Under the pieces are notes generated by a model that had not been told where the DNA came from, searched no databases, and saw only the letters and a list, made by a program, of their open reading frames with translations. Of a DNA stretch of 64,000 nucleotides, positions 26,701 to 41,700 are shown in pieces. The stretch is from Ascidiella aspersa (Eukaryota): contig OZ004615.1 of assembly GCA_963924565.1 (NCBI GenBank), positions 7,440,001 through 7,504,000 on the forward strand. Reading direction: 5' to 3'. Both the position numbers and the translations under genes were made by a program. The stretch's first letter is position 1. Every line of letters begins with the position of its first letter.

Positions 26701-29700
26701 ATAACCAGCTGACCTGAAGGCTTCTTGGTGGTTCCTTATCCATATGCGCGGTTATCGAGCAGACAAAATGTATGAAAAAATAGCGATTTGGAAGAAACAG
26801 CGATCTTCACAACAGTGCGAAAATGTCAATCGTTTAGTTTACATAGCCACTCCAAATAGCCGACGTATTCGTTTTTTCCAAATGTGCTGAAAGCGTTTTT
26901 GTGGCACGAAAGCGAAGAACAAAATATAATTCGGGTAGGTTTTGCCCTGTAAACCTGTCAAGGGCTGGGGAAAGCTTGGTTAAAGTAGCAAATCGACCAC
27001 TTTGGGTTAGATGTGTAAATTACAAAGTTATACATTAAAAAAACATGTCGCTGCATTTGTAGACGTGAAAGTTAATGGGTGGGAAAATCGCATAGTCCTC
27101 TCAGTTTTTATTACTTTTGAAAGTACTTCTGGAAAAGTACGTCAACCCGGTGCCGCGGGCCTTGCGGGTAAATCTGCGCCCGATAGGTGGGGCATCACAC
27201 ATACGGACGCGGCTAAATGTGGATACGACAAGCACGCGGCAAGATATGCGCGGCTTCTGTTTCAACTGCTGCTCATTCCATCTACCCGCGTGCTCCATTG
27301 TCCAAAGGCCATTGTGCCGCCGACTGGGCTTGTTACGAACATCGCCGCCTCCTTTGTAGAAGCCTTGTAGCCCATTCCGACGGGGGTCAAGCGAAAATTG
27401 CGCGGCCAAATCGACAAGCGACCGTCATAAACGCGCTTTCTTTCGAATCGCGGTCGCTTTACGAGAGGCTATTGCGTCTTGCCTTTTAAATTTGCCTGCG
27501 CGCGCAAGCGGATTTCAGAGTAGCGCGGTTGTTTGGTTGTAGTAGCAGCAGCTGCTGTTTATTTACGGCCAGAGGCTAAGGGTGGCAATTTAGCTTTGTC
27601 GAACAGTCGGCATCGGCGAGGTAATGAGCACTATATATCGAAACACAATCCCGGCGTAGGTTCGGGTCGCCTGAATAGAAAGGTCGTCGATACTCGCTCG
27701 TATTCCGTAATAACAGCATCGCGATATGGCTCTATTGTTTCCAAGCGCAAGAGGGTATCGTCGCCCTATGACTGTCGCCTTTTTTGAGGTTTCAATGCGC
27801 TCTCGACGGCTACTTGATTGGCGGATAATTCGCGACTGAATTAGCTCTATACGCCGAAGCTCGCATTCAGCGATTCGTCCTGGGCAAGGACTGTCACCGT
27901 TTGTAGGCAAATTAGCGACAAATTATCTTGCGTTTTGGAAACATGAGATCGGATAATGCGCCGTAGATCGTCGATCGAAAGCGAAACGGAGTCGCAGTCA
28001 AGTAAGTAGACCTTGTTGTTGCTGTTGCCCGCATCGGCAATTAGGATCTGGCCTATGTTCAAGTGCGTACGTTAAACGGTAGGTAAAATGGTAAAACGTT
28101 TTTAGAACGTCAGTTTTTAGGTTTTTTTTTAGTTTTTAATTAATTTGTTGTTGACCGTGGGGTATCGTTATTTTAGTAATAAAAATTGCATTTATCTCAA
28201 TCTGGCCTATGTCCAGGAGTGTAGGTTAAACGGTGGGTAAAATCGTAAAACTTAAGAGCGTGAATTTTTGGCTTAGTTATAATATTTTTAATAAATTTGC
28301 TGTTTACGTCGGGGATTCGTACTATAAAATGCATTTATTTTAAAGTTTAGCAATATAAGCGCACTGTTAGAAACGTTTGGAGCTATTAAATGGGATTTTG
28401 TTGCTTTGAAGACCTACCGGTTAGCCTATATTTTGCGCTTTTGGCTATTAATACAACCTAAAAATTTATCGGCATTGCCGCAATAAGAACCTATTTTTAG
28501 CGCGTCGCCGTTCGGTTACATTTAGCAAATTATATATTCGCAAACACCTTTGTCCCACTAATAAGCGACAAGCAACAAAAGGCCCTCGAAAGTGTGGGTT
28601 TTCGCGTCGGGCGAAGCCAGTCAAATTCGCGGTGCTATGGGCGGCCCACTCTAGCCTAGTCGAGTGCCATAACTTCGACATTGTTTTGACCGCTCGGCGC
28701 CGTTTTTCGACTCTCGGTTGCGCGAAAACGGGAGTTGGTAGCGGGCGAGAGTTTTGGTTTGAATCTGTTTCGCGGCCCTTTGGGAAACGCCAGAGCGAAA
28801 GCGATTCGCTATAGCGTTTGTGTTTTTGGCAGTTGCGAGAGGGCGCTGAATATACTGACTGACGAGAGCCGCAGTTTTTGTTGTACTCGATACGAGAGGT
28901 TTACAGCGTATAAAGTTTAATCGAGGTTTTCAAAATAAATTGGTGGGAGCTTTAATTTATGTTGGTAGTAAAGCCTATCGCATAAAACAGAGAAGCTGAA
29001 AACTTATGTTCGTTTTGATAGCGCCTAACATAAAAGCCCGGTGCTTAGCGTAATTGTTGTCCTATAGCGCCAATGAAAGTGGTAACTCGAAACTCGACTT
29101 TGTAAAGGGGGCGCTTTACACGGCGTGGTTCGATGTACTTCATTAGTTTCGTTCGCCCGCAGAATCACAATAGCCAGTCTTTGTTTTCGAATCTTTCACG
29201 CATGGCAACCGCTCTACAGCCAAGGATTGCAGTAACCATAGCTCTGCGGGTTGTAAAAATATGAGCGTGGCTTGTCATGCCGGCAGCATATTTACACTGT
29301 TTGTGTAAGTCAACAACAGCAGCATTGCGCCCATAGTACTCCAGCGTTACTGCCAGGGTTGTAGGCCAGTTGGTAATCCTTGTGTAATTTTCCCGCTCCA
29401 CACAGTTCCGTGTAGACTTCGGGCAAGACGCCCCGCTAATGTGATTTAGTAGGCAGGGCAAGTCCGGGCCGGCAATTTGCTATGACAAGCCAACGCCGTT
29501 GCTGGTGGCACGAGACGACTAGTTGTTGTTGCTGAACAATGACGGATCGAAGGAGATAAACTGCAGTTCTTTTGTTTGCTACAACATGTCGTTGCTCAAG
29601 CGCGGCCGAGAAGTCGAAAAGAATTCGACGCCTGAAAGCCGGCGGAATATCCGGCAAAACTCCAACCGCCGCCACCAAAGCGAATTCAAAGCGCAAACCG

Positions 29701-32700
29701 CCGTGCTTCATGGAGGAGATTTTAAACACGACTAAGGGCGAACAGCAATTGCCCTGCTGGAGGCTCGAGCCCGAATATATCGTTAACTCATTGCCACTGC
29801 CTTCAAAATACGACGAACCGGTTGCCGTCAGCACCGATTCCGACTCGGGTTATCGCCGATCGTTTTCCAGCGACGACCGGCCCTTTACAGAGCCAGAAAC
29901 CCCGTCCACAACGCACTCGGCCGAAATGAACAGCGCTGAGCTCATAAAACGGGCGGCGGACCAGTTGGCCAGCCTGAGCCCCGCTCTGATAAGAGACCGA
30001 CTGACACAGCAGCCGGTGCTAAAAACTAGCCTCGGCATCGGCATGAGTATTGAAAGCTCAACGGCCGAGCCAAAGTTAACGCGACCGCCCAAAATCAAAG
30101 AGGCGGCTTTACGGTACACAGGCATAAACAGTCTCAAGGACCTGCGCAGCTACATGAGCCGAAAGCGAGCCTTGAAATCCGACGCGACTGTCCAGCCTTT
30201 GCCAGCAACTGCCGACGCTAAATTGTCGCCGCCGATTAGCAAATCGCTGAAAAACGGCGGCGGTGTAGAAAAATCGCGCTTTGGCCGCGTAGCCGAAGTC
30301 GGCGTCTCCCCTTGGCTGAAGGCAGACCTGCACATTTACGTTTGCGTTTGTTCCAAAGGCAAGTTTCCGTCGAGTGTTTGTTTGCGCAGCACTTGCGAGC
30401 GGCATTGTTATCGTCGAGTGCCCGCTCGTAGTGTTTTCCTTCGCTAGTGGATTGGCCCCTCTTCTTCTTTACATATGTTTGTCATGTAATGTGGCGCTTC
30501 CATGCGTTCGCACACATTCGGTTAATTCGAAATGGCCGGGCAATAATCGAAATTTCATCCAAACTTTGAAAAAAGAAGTTAAATTCGCCATAGATTTGTG
30601 AACATTTTTCTAAAATAAGTCGACAATACGATGTAATTGACTTGTTAAAAGACATCACAAAAACAAGAACAATGACACTTTGAAGTCTTTGCCAGATTTG
30701 CATTAAATATAGAATTGCTGTTGGGCCAGGTATAGTATATACTGAAAAGAAGTTATTTTGGTACTTATTTGTTTTATCCGATTTGTTTATGATTTATTTT
30801 GCGTGGTGTTATTACATTTCCTGATAAAGGCATCCACAATAGGTAGCCGAAACGTCTGATAAAACAATTAAGTACAGGAAATAAATAATTTCAGTATGTA
30901 AAGAATTGCGTTTGTATTAAACTACCTCTTAACATTGGCAACAAAGTGTACAATTTCCCAGGACGACGTTGTCCACTTTAGTGTCTCCCTATTTTCTCGG
31001 ATCTTTATGTATCTTCCACTAACCCAATTCTTCCTCCATCTCCGCAGGCTCCCAGATCTTCGAGGACTTCAGCCACCGCGTGGTGGTCAAGGAGGACGGC
31101 ATCCGATCTCTCATCATCTCTCCGGCCCGACCGGATGACAGCGGCGAGTACACCGTGATCGCCAAGAGCGCAGCCGGCAAGGCAATCAGCACCATGTCCC
31201 TGACCGTTATACGTGAGTATTAAGGGTTAAGTTCAGGAAAAAGGCATAAGTTTCGGGAAATGTGAGCCTATTTGGTTGTGCTGTTTTGCAAAGCGAAATT
31301 TCTGTTGAGCCTTTGCAATTTGTTTTCTACGAATGGTCAAGTGCTATCCATGCAAAGATTTGATTTAACACGATTAGTATAGCAGAGGTATAGCTGAAAA
31401 AATTCCTGGCTTGTATTTAGAACTGATGACAAGATTAAACGTCGCTTGAATCGTCTTTATTTTCGCAAAGTGTTTTTTCTAGTTTCTAAATTATTTTTGT
31501 TGTGTTTGATTAGGTATACCCTTCAGGGCCTCACATACACACGTTACGGCATAATATTGAGTTAAATAAGCCTATACAAACATCTAAAGAGTCTACACTC
31601 TACAGCAATTAAAATGCACATTTAATATGTATGTACTCCTTTATGAGGCTATTACCGATCATCGTTCAGACAATTTACTTCACAAATCACAACTTATTAA
31701 GTATTATATATTTTGGTAATAAATTCTATTTAACCAACCTAATGTGCAACACCTACACAAAGCAAACGTTATTATTATTTTTTCATAAATCACTAACTTC
31801 TAACTTATTTACAAACGTTACCCAGCACAAGAGGGCGCCGAGCGTCCCCGGATCCTTGAAAAGCCTCAGAGCGTGACGGTGAAGGAGGGCGACCTCGTGC
31901 GGTTAGAGGTGTTCGCCGTTGGAAGGCCGACGCCCGACATCGTCTGGCTGAAGGACAACGTACTTCTGATTCCCGACAAGCACCCTGACATGAGGTATAT
32001 ATGGCTGTTTACAATTGGATTTGCTCTGAAATAACTGCGATAAGTTTGTGAAAATCTGCTATACCTGCAAAATGCTACCTTTCTGTATGGGTTTTAGATT
32101 CTTACCATGTCTTACTATAAAGTCCAATCATGATGCTCCTAAAATAAGTTGTTTATGAAAAAGTAAAAGTCAAACATTTTGTCTGAAAATATATATAAAA
32201 AATAGCAGAAGTTTTGCATGAATCATTTTTATTTATTAATTATCTGTTTGATATCAAATTGTCCTTGAATCTTTATCGATAGCCGTATTTTTCTAATTTT
32301 TATCTGTGATTCATAAATCCAGATTTATTGTCCCTGAGGTTCCTAAGTTCAAAATATAGCATTCGTTGTGACTTATTTCTGAAAAACATACATCCTAAAA
32401 AACGACAGGGTGCACGAAGAACCAACCCGCACCCCACAACCTGTTAAAACACAACATAAAATCATATCTCTCTTTGTAGAATCGAAGGTGTCGACGGACA
32501 CGGACTTCTGACCATCGAGCAGGCCACCAAGGGTCTGCACGACGCATGGTACACGGCCACGGCGGTCAACAAGACCGGACGCGACCTGACCAGGTGCAAG
32601 GTCAACGTTGAACGGTCCGAAGCGGTCCCGGAAGAGGACAGGCGCCTCTACATCCCCAAGTCGGCCAAGAAAAGGCTGCCAGTCGAGCCGTCGCCGGAGA

Positions 32701-35700
32701 GGGTAGACCTCAGAAAGGTATAATGTCGTTTGTTTATGAACCATATATAATCGCGTTGTAAAGCATATTATGTAAGTTAACGAATACTGTAACTACATTA
32801 AGCTTACGGTGTCTTCGGCTTAAATTAAATTTGTCGTTTTTACCAAAGCTCTTTTGAAATCCAGCTAATAGTACATGTGCATAACATGAAGTTTTCCTGA
32901 AAAACTATACTTTTCAATCAGCCTAAATTTATTAGTTGTTACTTCAAGCTTTCGTTTGTTAAATTTGGAAAAGTATCTCCCTAAACAAATTGAAGTTCCA
33001 AGTATATTGGATTGTTCGACTTTACTGGTGGCCCATTGGAGTGGTTTAGGTTTTATGACCATAAACAAACATAGACGCGGACTCAATTCTTTGTCATAAC
33101 GAAAATATTTTCCGCCTACAATGGACTTATAATAACTTTTTGAACTTGAGATTACGAGTGTTACTTATTTGAAAATTCCTATAGCTTCATTGCTAGTTTT
33201 AAACCAAAGTGAAATACTTAAAAAGAAAAATATCAATATTTAGCCATGCCCGCTTTAAATCATCAAATGTTCTGTTTTAAACCAGCTTGACAACTTCGAC
33301 GAGAGTGACTTGTACGACTCCAGCAAAATGCAAAAGCCCCGTATTAAGAAGAAGCTCGTGTCTGTAAAGCAGAAGATCTTGGGAGCTGCTCACTTCGAAT
33401 GCCACATCGTACCAATCGGAGATCCGAAATTGAAGGTAAATAAAAAAAATCAACGCAATGCGTTTTGTATGCTGGATACAGGTCCAACAGTAGAATTATG
33501 TCTGGCTTGTTTTCCACTAAAATTGTATGACAAACCCTGCAAGCCAATAAACCATAAAAATAGTTCTATATTTATTGGAGATATTTCTCATAATTTGTTT
33601 TCCTTTAAAAGCATATCAAACCTTATATTTAAGGTATACCAAAAACCGTTTGTTCTATAGTCTTACTTTGGTTGGTAGAGCATATTAAGTCACTTGGCCG
33701 GCAGTCTTTCGTGTTATTTTATCATTAACTGGCGAATCGCGGATGTGGTGTGGAAAGTGGTGTTAACCTGTATTTGTTCTGCTTACGTAGGTCGAATGGC
33801 TTTTGGATGGCAAGCCCCTCGAGTACGCCAACCGGATTATGACGACCTTCGAGTTTGGATTTGCAGCACTCGACATCAACGCCGTTTACCCGAGGGACAC
33901 CGGTACGGCTGTTCCATTACGAATAAATACCGTTTTGCTGAAAGTTGTTGTTTAAAAAACGAAATTAATGCGAATCAATTTGTTAGACATATTCTTTACG
34001 GTTGCTAAACTGTGGCGATTTTTTGTTGTAAAATGTTAACAAAGTTAAAATTTCAGTATTTGAAATACCGTAAAATCGTTGGTTTAAAGATCTTAGAAAC
34101 ATATACCAACGCGCTTTTGCTCATTCGTTAAGAATTTAAAACCCATTTTTTTTATTCAATTTTAACGTAGATACTATTTTTCTAATTTCGCGTTTAAACA
34201 TTCGGCATTTTCGCAATCAATTAATACATCTTGATAATAAACTGCAAAGCCAAAAAGGTCGAGTATATCGATATCATCTTGATTAAGACGTTTCGATGCG
34301 AGCTTTAACATTAACTGATGATGATACAAGCTCGTATCGAAACGACCTAATCAAGTTGACGTCAATCTACTCGACCTTTTTTGGCTTTGCAATTCATTAT
34401 CTGTAACCAATTAATATATATTGATACAACACCTCGGAAAATATCCAAACACTGACTGAGACTTTTTTATGTTACAGGTGTGATCAGCTGTAGAGCCACC
34501 AACTCGCACGGCCAAGTACAAAGTTCCTGCACTCTGATCGTCAAGGAGGAAAAGGGATTGGTGGAAGCCACTCAACTGCCCGACTCCAATAAGCTGGAAA
34601 GGATTCAAATCAAGGAAAAGCACAGACAAGAGGTAACCGCTTCAAAAGAATAAAATATATGGATTGTAAGAGCACAAATGGCACTTTGCCTTGAGGTCAG
34701 AGCGAAAGCTTGCAATCATCATTAACTGTTTAAAATAAAGCAACAGTTAGTGTTTTTTTAATGGCCGGTATCTGTGTTTGGTAACCGTAAATGGTGTTAC
34801 CACTATGTTTTTTATTGAGAATATGTTTTGTTTACCAGTACGAGTTAAAATTCGCATGGTTTGCAGTATATTGTAGTTAAGAAATCATTCTTGGATCCGA
34901 ATATACTGAAAATGCATTTGTTGTTTTTTAAACATTTTTTTTACACGATCATTAAAAATATACACATAAGATAAATAAATTTACACGAAACAGATATGTT
35001 TACAACAATAAAGCTCCTTGTTTTACACGAAAAGTGTTTTTACACGAACTTTGTTTTACACGAATTCTTTTAAAGTTGTCACTTGCCCACGATCACCCGG
35101 AGGTTGACGATTCTCTTCCCAAATCGGCTCCAAGGATTGTCCTCCAGCCAGATCCGATCCGAGTCCAGGAAGGTGATCCTGCTCGCTTCCGCTGCAGAGT
35201 CCTGGGTCATCCGACTCCGAAAGTTACCTGGTACCTGAACGAGACTTCAATCAGGCCTAGCAAGAGGTAAGCTGCTCTTTGTACAGAATTATGCGTTTTA
35301 CCAGACTGTTACCTATTGTGGAATAATTACTTGACTATGACCACTTGCTTATTTTATGTGGTTACTGTTGAATAATGGCGTTCAACTTTTGCAATACTGC
35401 ACGAATAAAAACCTCCTTTGAATTACCAAGTTAAAAACAGTATAAACGCTGTAATATAAATCCATACTGTTCTATCCTTAACGTTTTTAAGCTGAGATTG
35501 ATAATAATTTTTGGAAACCAACAATTTATCTCTAACCGCTGTCGTTCATTAATTGTAAAGTTAGTAGAAGACAACCATCGCTAACAGCAAGCTTAAGTAG
35601 TTTTAGATACAACTTGACGCAACATGCTATAAAAGGGCACATCTTAATAGAATCCAATACCATTGGCAGTAGGTTTTTGCTTGTCGATCACTGTTCCGCT

Positions 35701-38700
35701 GACGCGTATATAAACAATAAAACTCAAAGTTTAAAAACCTGAGTAAAATCAAGATCAGGCATTTTGTTAAAGGAATATATATTTCGCCTATGCTGGCAAC
35801 GTCAGTTCCTTATTCAAATAAAATCAATTGACGCAACATGCGTTACCGCTTTTTTCTTAAACGACCTAAATCCTCGTATCGCATAAAACAACTCAATGCC
35901 TTAAAACTCAAGGTTCCGCGTCTGGTGCGACGGCATCCATTACTTCGAGATTGCAACGGTACGCGGATACGACCACGGCCAGGTCCGGGTCGAGGCCGAA
36001 AGTAGGGAGGGCCGGGACCAGGCCACCGTGGCCATCGAGGTCTGCCAGGCGGAGGACATGCGTTCTGTGTTGCACAAGGCCAAGGCCGGCGGCACCGAAA
36101 GCGGCAAGAAGACCTCGCTGGACACGACCACGTTAAAACAGTATCGCATCACGCGTAACGTCGAGGAACAAGTGCGAGGTAAGAAACAATGTTTTTTATG
36201 TAGTTATTGTTTTGTCAAGGTTATTGCTTCCTTTTGTTTTTTCGCCAGTTTATTTCATCATAGGCGTACAATTTCCTTTCCTTTCTATTGTTTTCTTCCC
36301 CCACCAGGCATAAATAAGAGCTGATTTTTACTTCAGCTTTTTCCCAAAAACGATCTCTTGGTAGCCATTGAAAGAATCTTATTTTAGGATAAATTAAACT
36401 TGATCAATTTACAGAATGAATTTTGCTTTATAAAACTGTTAATGAGTCTTATATTAATAATGTACTTCATTCTCTTAAAAAGATAAATAAGTAAATACTT
36501 CACCATAAACCCCTTTTAAACGAAAAAAAAACTTTTGAAACTGCTTATTTCAGAAATTGCGTTTGAAGGTCAGCTTAAGAAGCTACTTCGCACTTGTAGT
36601 ATATTCGAAATTCAAACCATAACCACTTTAAAACCTTCCTTGTGTCGTCACAGAGGAGAAAGGCAAGCATATGGTGTCGCTGCGCGAGGTACAAAAGCCG
36701 ATCGCCGGCATCAGGCAGCTAAAGAAGGTGGAGCGGCACGAGGAACTACAGAGCAAGTTCTCGGAGCTGGCCGAAGAAGAGCGGATGATCAACAAGCTGG
36801 ACGCTGACAAGAAAAAGGTAGGAGAGTAATTTATTTTCTGAAGAAATTTCGATAGACTAGTGCTATAGTTATACAATTAATTACTTAGGTTTCTTACAAA
36901 CTCGCAATTACTGTTTACCTATTTGGGGTTTTCTTTGTTTTTAACAAAGATAACATTCAAAGATAAATTATATTCGTTTTTATGTTTGTCCAATTTCTTT
37001 AGAAAGTACACTTACTTTACAGTCGTTTTCAGATGGTTTTAAACGTTTATAGCCAGGGAAAGTGTTTTTCACAGATTATTTTTCCTAAAAATATGCAATT
37101 TTTTTAATGCGTTTTCTTTGTTTCAATATGCCTTAATCAACAATATTTTAAGTATCGTTGACAAACTTGTGTTGTCTTAAAACACTTTCTCAATTTGGAA
37201 TCTCCAAGCTGTGTTAGACGAATTTATATCATTGGCACAATTTTTTTTCTCGAAATAGATCTCTTTCTTTTCAAAACATAATGTCAAGTAAGCACTTACA
37301 AACATCAAACCCAAACCATTGCCCGTTGTCCTAACCACGTCACTGGTGACAGACACCGGAGCGTGACCGCGAGTACGAGGTGTTTATTCGCAAAACGAAG
37401 GACGACCTGGCGCACTGGTCCAAGCCCCCCGAGCCCGAGGCCCCCAAACTGCCCCCGCTCAGGCGCCCCCGGGAGTCGCTGCCAGCCCCCTATATGATTG
37501 ATCAGGTTCAAATCACCTGCACACTTCGCTTATCATAATCACTATTGCATTTGCACCAATTTCACGTTTGGCAACAAAATCGCATGAGAACAACGCTATT
37601 ACAAGAAATAGTGTATTTTCATATACTGTTTACTGTCGCAAAGATTGCATTTTTTGCACGCCTATGGATGTAAAAACACATTGAGATTTCATCCAAGCGG
37701 TGCCACACGTCTGTTTTGGCTTTGATAATTATTTTTGCTTTCAAATGCCTACTGAAAGAATATCGTGCTGCAAATAATTACAAGTCATTCCACACTTGTT
37801 TTTAATGACACAATTTGACGAAATCTGGAATTAAATTAATTAGATAGCATGTTAATATCTGAACCAAAATAAAGAGCACTTTACTTCACTTTTACACAAA
37901 TTGATTTCCACACAAAAACGTCGACTTGGTATTGTAATAACTTAACAGTTAACAATTTTTTATCGGTCTTAATCTTCAGTTGGCTTATACCTAGTGCAAT
38001 ATAAAAATATTTATTCTGATAATTTTACCCCTTACATATTACAGTCAACACCCCCATCGTGTCACTTCCAAGTACAACAATTCACCATTTTTTTATCAAC
38101 CACTGCATGCATGCTAAATCATGCTCGGTTTCTCTTCGCTAATCTCAAATATACCAAACTAGACCGACTTGCCACCTGACTGCGAAGCCCCGATCGTCCT
38201 CGAGCGTCTTTACAACCAGACCGCCAACGAGGGCGAAGACGCAAGGTTCCGGGTTCGATTCCACGCCAAGCCGGAACCCGAGATCACCTGGTACAGGAAC
38301 GAAGTCCGACTGGAAGAGTCGGAACGCATCGGATGGTTCTATCCGGAGGTTTGTTACATTAATAGTATAATGTTAATATATCTTTTTGGGATTATGTGGA
38401 AATGCGCAGTAAACAATTTGATTTGATTTTTCTAGGACAAAGTCTGCGAGATGTACATTCGCGATGCCACCTGCGACGATTCTGGTTCAATCTCAGTTCG
38501 AATTGCAAACATTGCTGGCCAAGCCGGCAGCCAAGGCTTCCTGCTTGTTCAAGGTATGTCTCGAAGTTAAACCAATATACTGTAGGTCTTGCTACCCTGA
38601 AAGTTTTTTTTGCAACTCATGCTCGTTGATATTCTGGAAAGGTATCATATAACCTTTCGCAACAGCACCGCTGGATCTGGACACATTGCGTCATACAGTT

Positions 38701-41700
38701 TATACAAATGTATTTTGTTAATTAGATAAACAAAAAACCTTCATGCCGCGCAATTTTAAATGAATCTTAAAAACGAGCAACCCTCTCCATTAATTTAACG
38801 TTTTGCACCATTTTCATTTAAAATGTTAAACTACCTAAAATCAATTTGAACTGCTGATATGCATATAATCAGAATTTTGTTCGAATAAAATCATCTGGTT
38901 TGCTGCACAAAAAACCGAAAAACATTTGTTATCCTTAAATATGTTTTACTCCGAGAAACGTTTCTAGTTTGACCTGATAAAGCACGAAGCCTTGTCAAGA
39001 TTTTAATACAATTTGTCGTTGAACAGTGTCACTTCATTTCCAAACGTATGTTAAACTCCTTCGTTTCATTCAACAGAGACCAGCGACGAGCTTCGATTCT
39101 CCGAACCTCTTTGCGACCTCGTGGCGCAAGAACTGGACAAGTCGGCTATCCTTGAGTGCGCGCTCACCGACGCCACGGCAACGGCGCAGTGGTACTACTG
39201 CGCAGCGGGCAGCGACATCGAGCGGGCGTTGCACGACGGCGACAAGTGCCAGATGAGGGCGGAAGGCTCCTGCCGATACCTGCGCATCAGCGAAGTGGCG
39301 ATGAGCGATTCCGGCATTTACACTTGCGCGGCCAAGACACAACATGGCGCCGAAATCCGCACGTCTTCTCAACTCACAGTCAAGGGTAAGACAAGAATTG
39401 TCGATAATAAGCAGCCATTTAAAGGCCATTTTTGGGAGAATATGAAGTGATTTTTAGGATAGTTAAGAACAGTGGCTGTCAAACTAAAAAAAAATGTGGA
39501 TACATGCTACATCTATACGTATTTGTTTATATTTTCCTTTTTGAAAAACTAGACTTGTTGGCAAATATAGTATTACGGCAATTTGTGTCAATACATTATT
39601 TCGTACTTTCAGCTGTGCCGAGGAAGATTCGATCGGGCTTGGAGGAGCAGAATGTTCGCGAAGGATCATCCTGCCACTTCACGGCCGTCGTGTCCCATAA
39701 GGATGTTGCAGGCACCTGGCTGAAAGACGGCAAACCAATCGAGGTAAGTGTAGCATACAACATGCATTAAGTCATCCAGCATTTTACGTTACCCTGTTTA
39801 CGACTGGCAAATGCCCTTAATTTACTAACAAATATATTAAGCAACTCAAGTGCTTATCTTTGGATTACATTTAATCGTCAGTGACTTTGTTAAATATATC
39901 AATGCTTTACTTTACAGGCAAGCTCGAAATACTCGATGGAGGCATCCGGAAATAAACGCACCCTGACCATTGCTGACTCCCGAAAGGATGACGAGGGTGT
40001 TTACGAGTTCGTGTTCAACGGTTCGTCGACTAAAGCCAACCTCAATGTTCAAGGTATATGTCAACCAATAAGTTATAGCAGGGGTTCTTGAACTTTTTTA
40101 CCACGGCCCCTATTTATTTTTTGCTTCGCGTGGACCACAGTAGGCAAAAAAAATTATAAAAAGGACGGCCTAAATTGATGTCACAATACAATAGACTTCA
40201 TAAATCTGTGGATTTCCGTCCAAAAAATGTGAAAGTGAAATGTAGTCTAAATACAGTCAGTGCAAAACCGTTATATTTTTAATTAAACTGTTTTCTTTAA
40301 AAAATTGAAAACTCCCAAGGGGTCCACGGATCCTAGTTTAAGAACCTCTGAGCTATAGAAAAGTGTAATGCTTAGAAAAAAACATAAGATTTTTTAGAGG
40401 TGCATTCATCATTTGCAACAAAATTCTACTGCGAAAAACAACTTTTCCAATAGTATATAATTTTCTTAATATCCAGGCATGCAAATCACCATCACAAAGC
40501 CTCTGAAGGATCAGGTGATATTCGCTGGTGACGTGGCCACGTTCGAAGCTAAGGTATCACGTGACGGCGCCGCTGGCGTTTGGACGCACAATGACGTGCA
40601 GGTCACGAGGTCGGAAAGGTAAGCGGTGAAGTCATATGACGTAACGATCGTGTGACGTCAAAACTAATACCAATTTATTCTAAACGATTGCAAAATACTC
40701 TAAAACGATTTCAAAACACTCTGATATTTCGCATTTTTTTTAATTATTTTGCCTAGGGTCCCTACAATAGGTAGCTCAGGTAAATCAAGATACACGAGCC
40801 ATAGCGCTTGTTTATTCAATGGCTAATAAACACATATGTATGATTTTATGACCAACTGAACGAGTAAAATAGGAAGATATCTCCTCAACCTTACACGTAA
40901 CTGACGACAATGGCTTCAAATTGGAGCGAATATTCTCTGGACTTTCCTGTCTTAGTCAAAGTCAGTCATTAATCAGTTCTAGTCATTAACAGGGAAATAT
41001 ATTTCGCCACAAAATATGGCATCATCAGTCTCTTAATTCAAATGAATCAATTAATCGTTTAATGCGTTTTAAGGCATTTCTATTTGAAATTTAAGTCATT
41101 TCTTTTTTAATTTTTATATTTTTTTATCTTTTTGTTCCAGGATTATCGCTACCTCGGAGCATAACAGGCACCTCCTGATTATCGAGAGCGTCCGAAAGCA
41201 AGACTCCGGCACCTACACCTTCTCGGTCGGCGACAAGAGCTCTTCGGCCACTCTTCAAGTCAAAGGTACATCATGACTTTAAAGATGTCGCAGTTCGGTC
41301 CTTTAGAGAGTTGACAATTTAGATCGTGTAGACAAAATCGTAAAGAGGATGTGCGAAGTTGCACGCAAGTTACGTTAAGTTCTCTGCATTAAAGATTATT
41401 TTCTTTAAAAATACTTGTATGTACATTTATTTTATTCGGAATGACTTACAAGCTCAACATTTTACCACTGTCAAAAAACTGAGCTAAAATCTAGTTGCAA
41501 GCTTACAAATAAAATATTTTTTTATTGCTATGTTTTAATCTCGTTACAGGCGCATTTTGCGCTCAGTAATAGCCAATGTGATAGCCAAGTTTTTTTTTAA
41601 TTTGGTTTACTCTAACGCAGTAATCATTTTAACAATACGGATGCGCATTAGCACGGCTTAACCATCGGTTTGATTTCGCAGAAGTGACGATCACGGAAGG

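Noticed and set aside
26900-28950. Short overlapping ORFs in the CpG-rich intron as protein-coding exons
   Set aside because: No consistent frame, splice chain or domain; such ORFs are expected in GC-rich sequence.
31420-31450. CTGATGA...TAAACGTC as another hammerhead
   Set aside because: No stem II and GAAA is broken; too degenerate to support.
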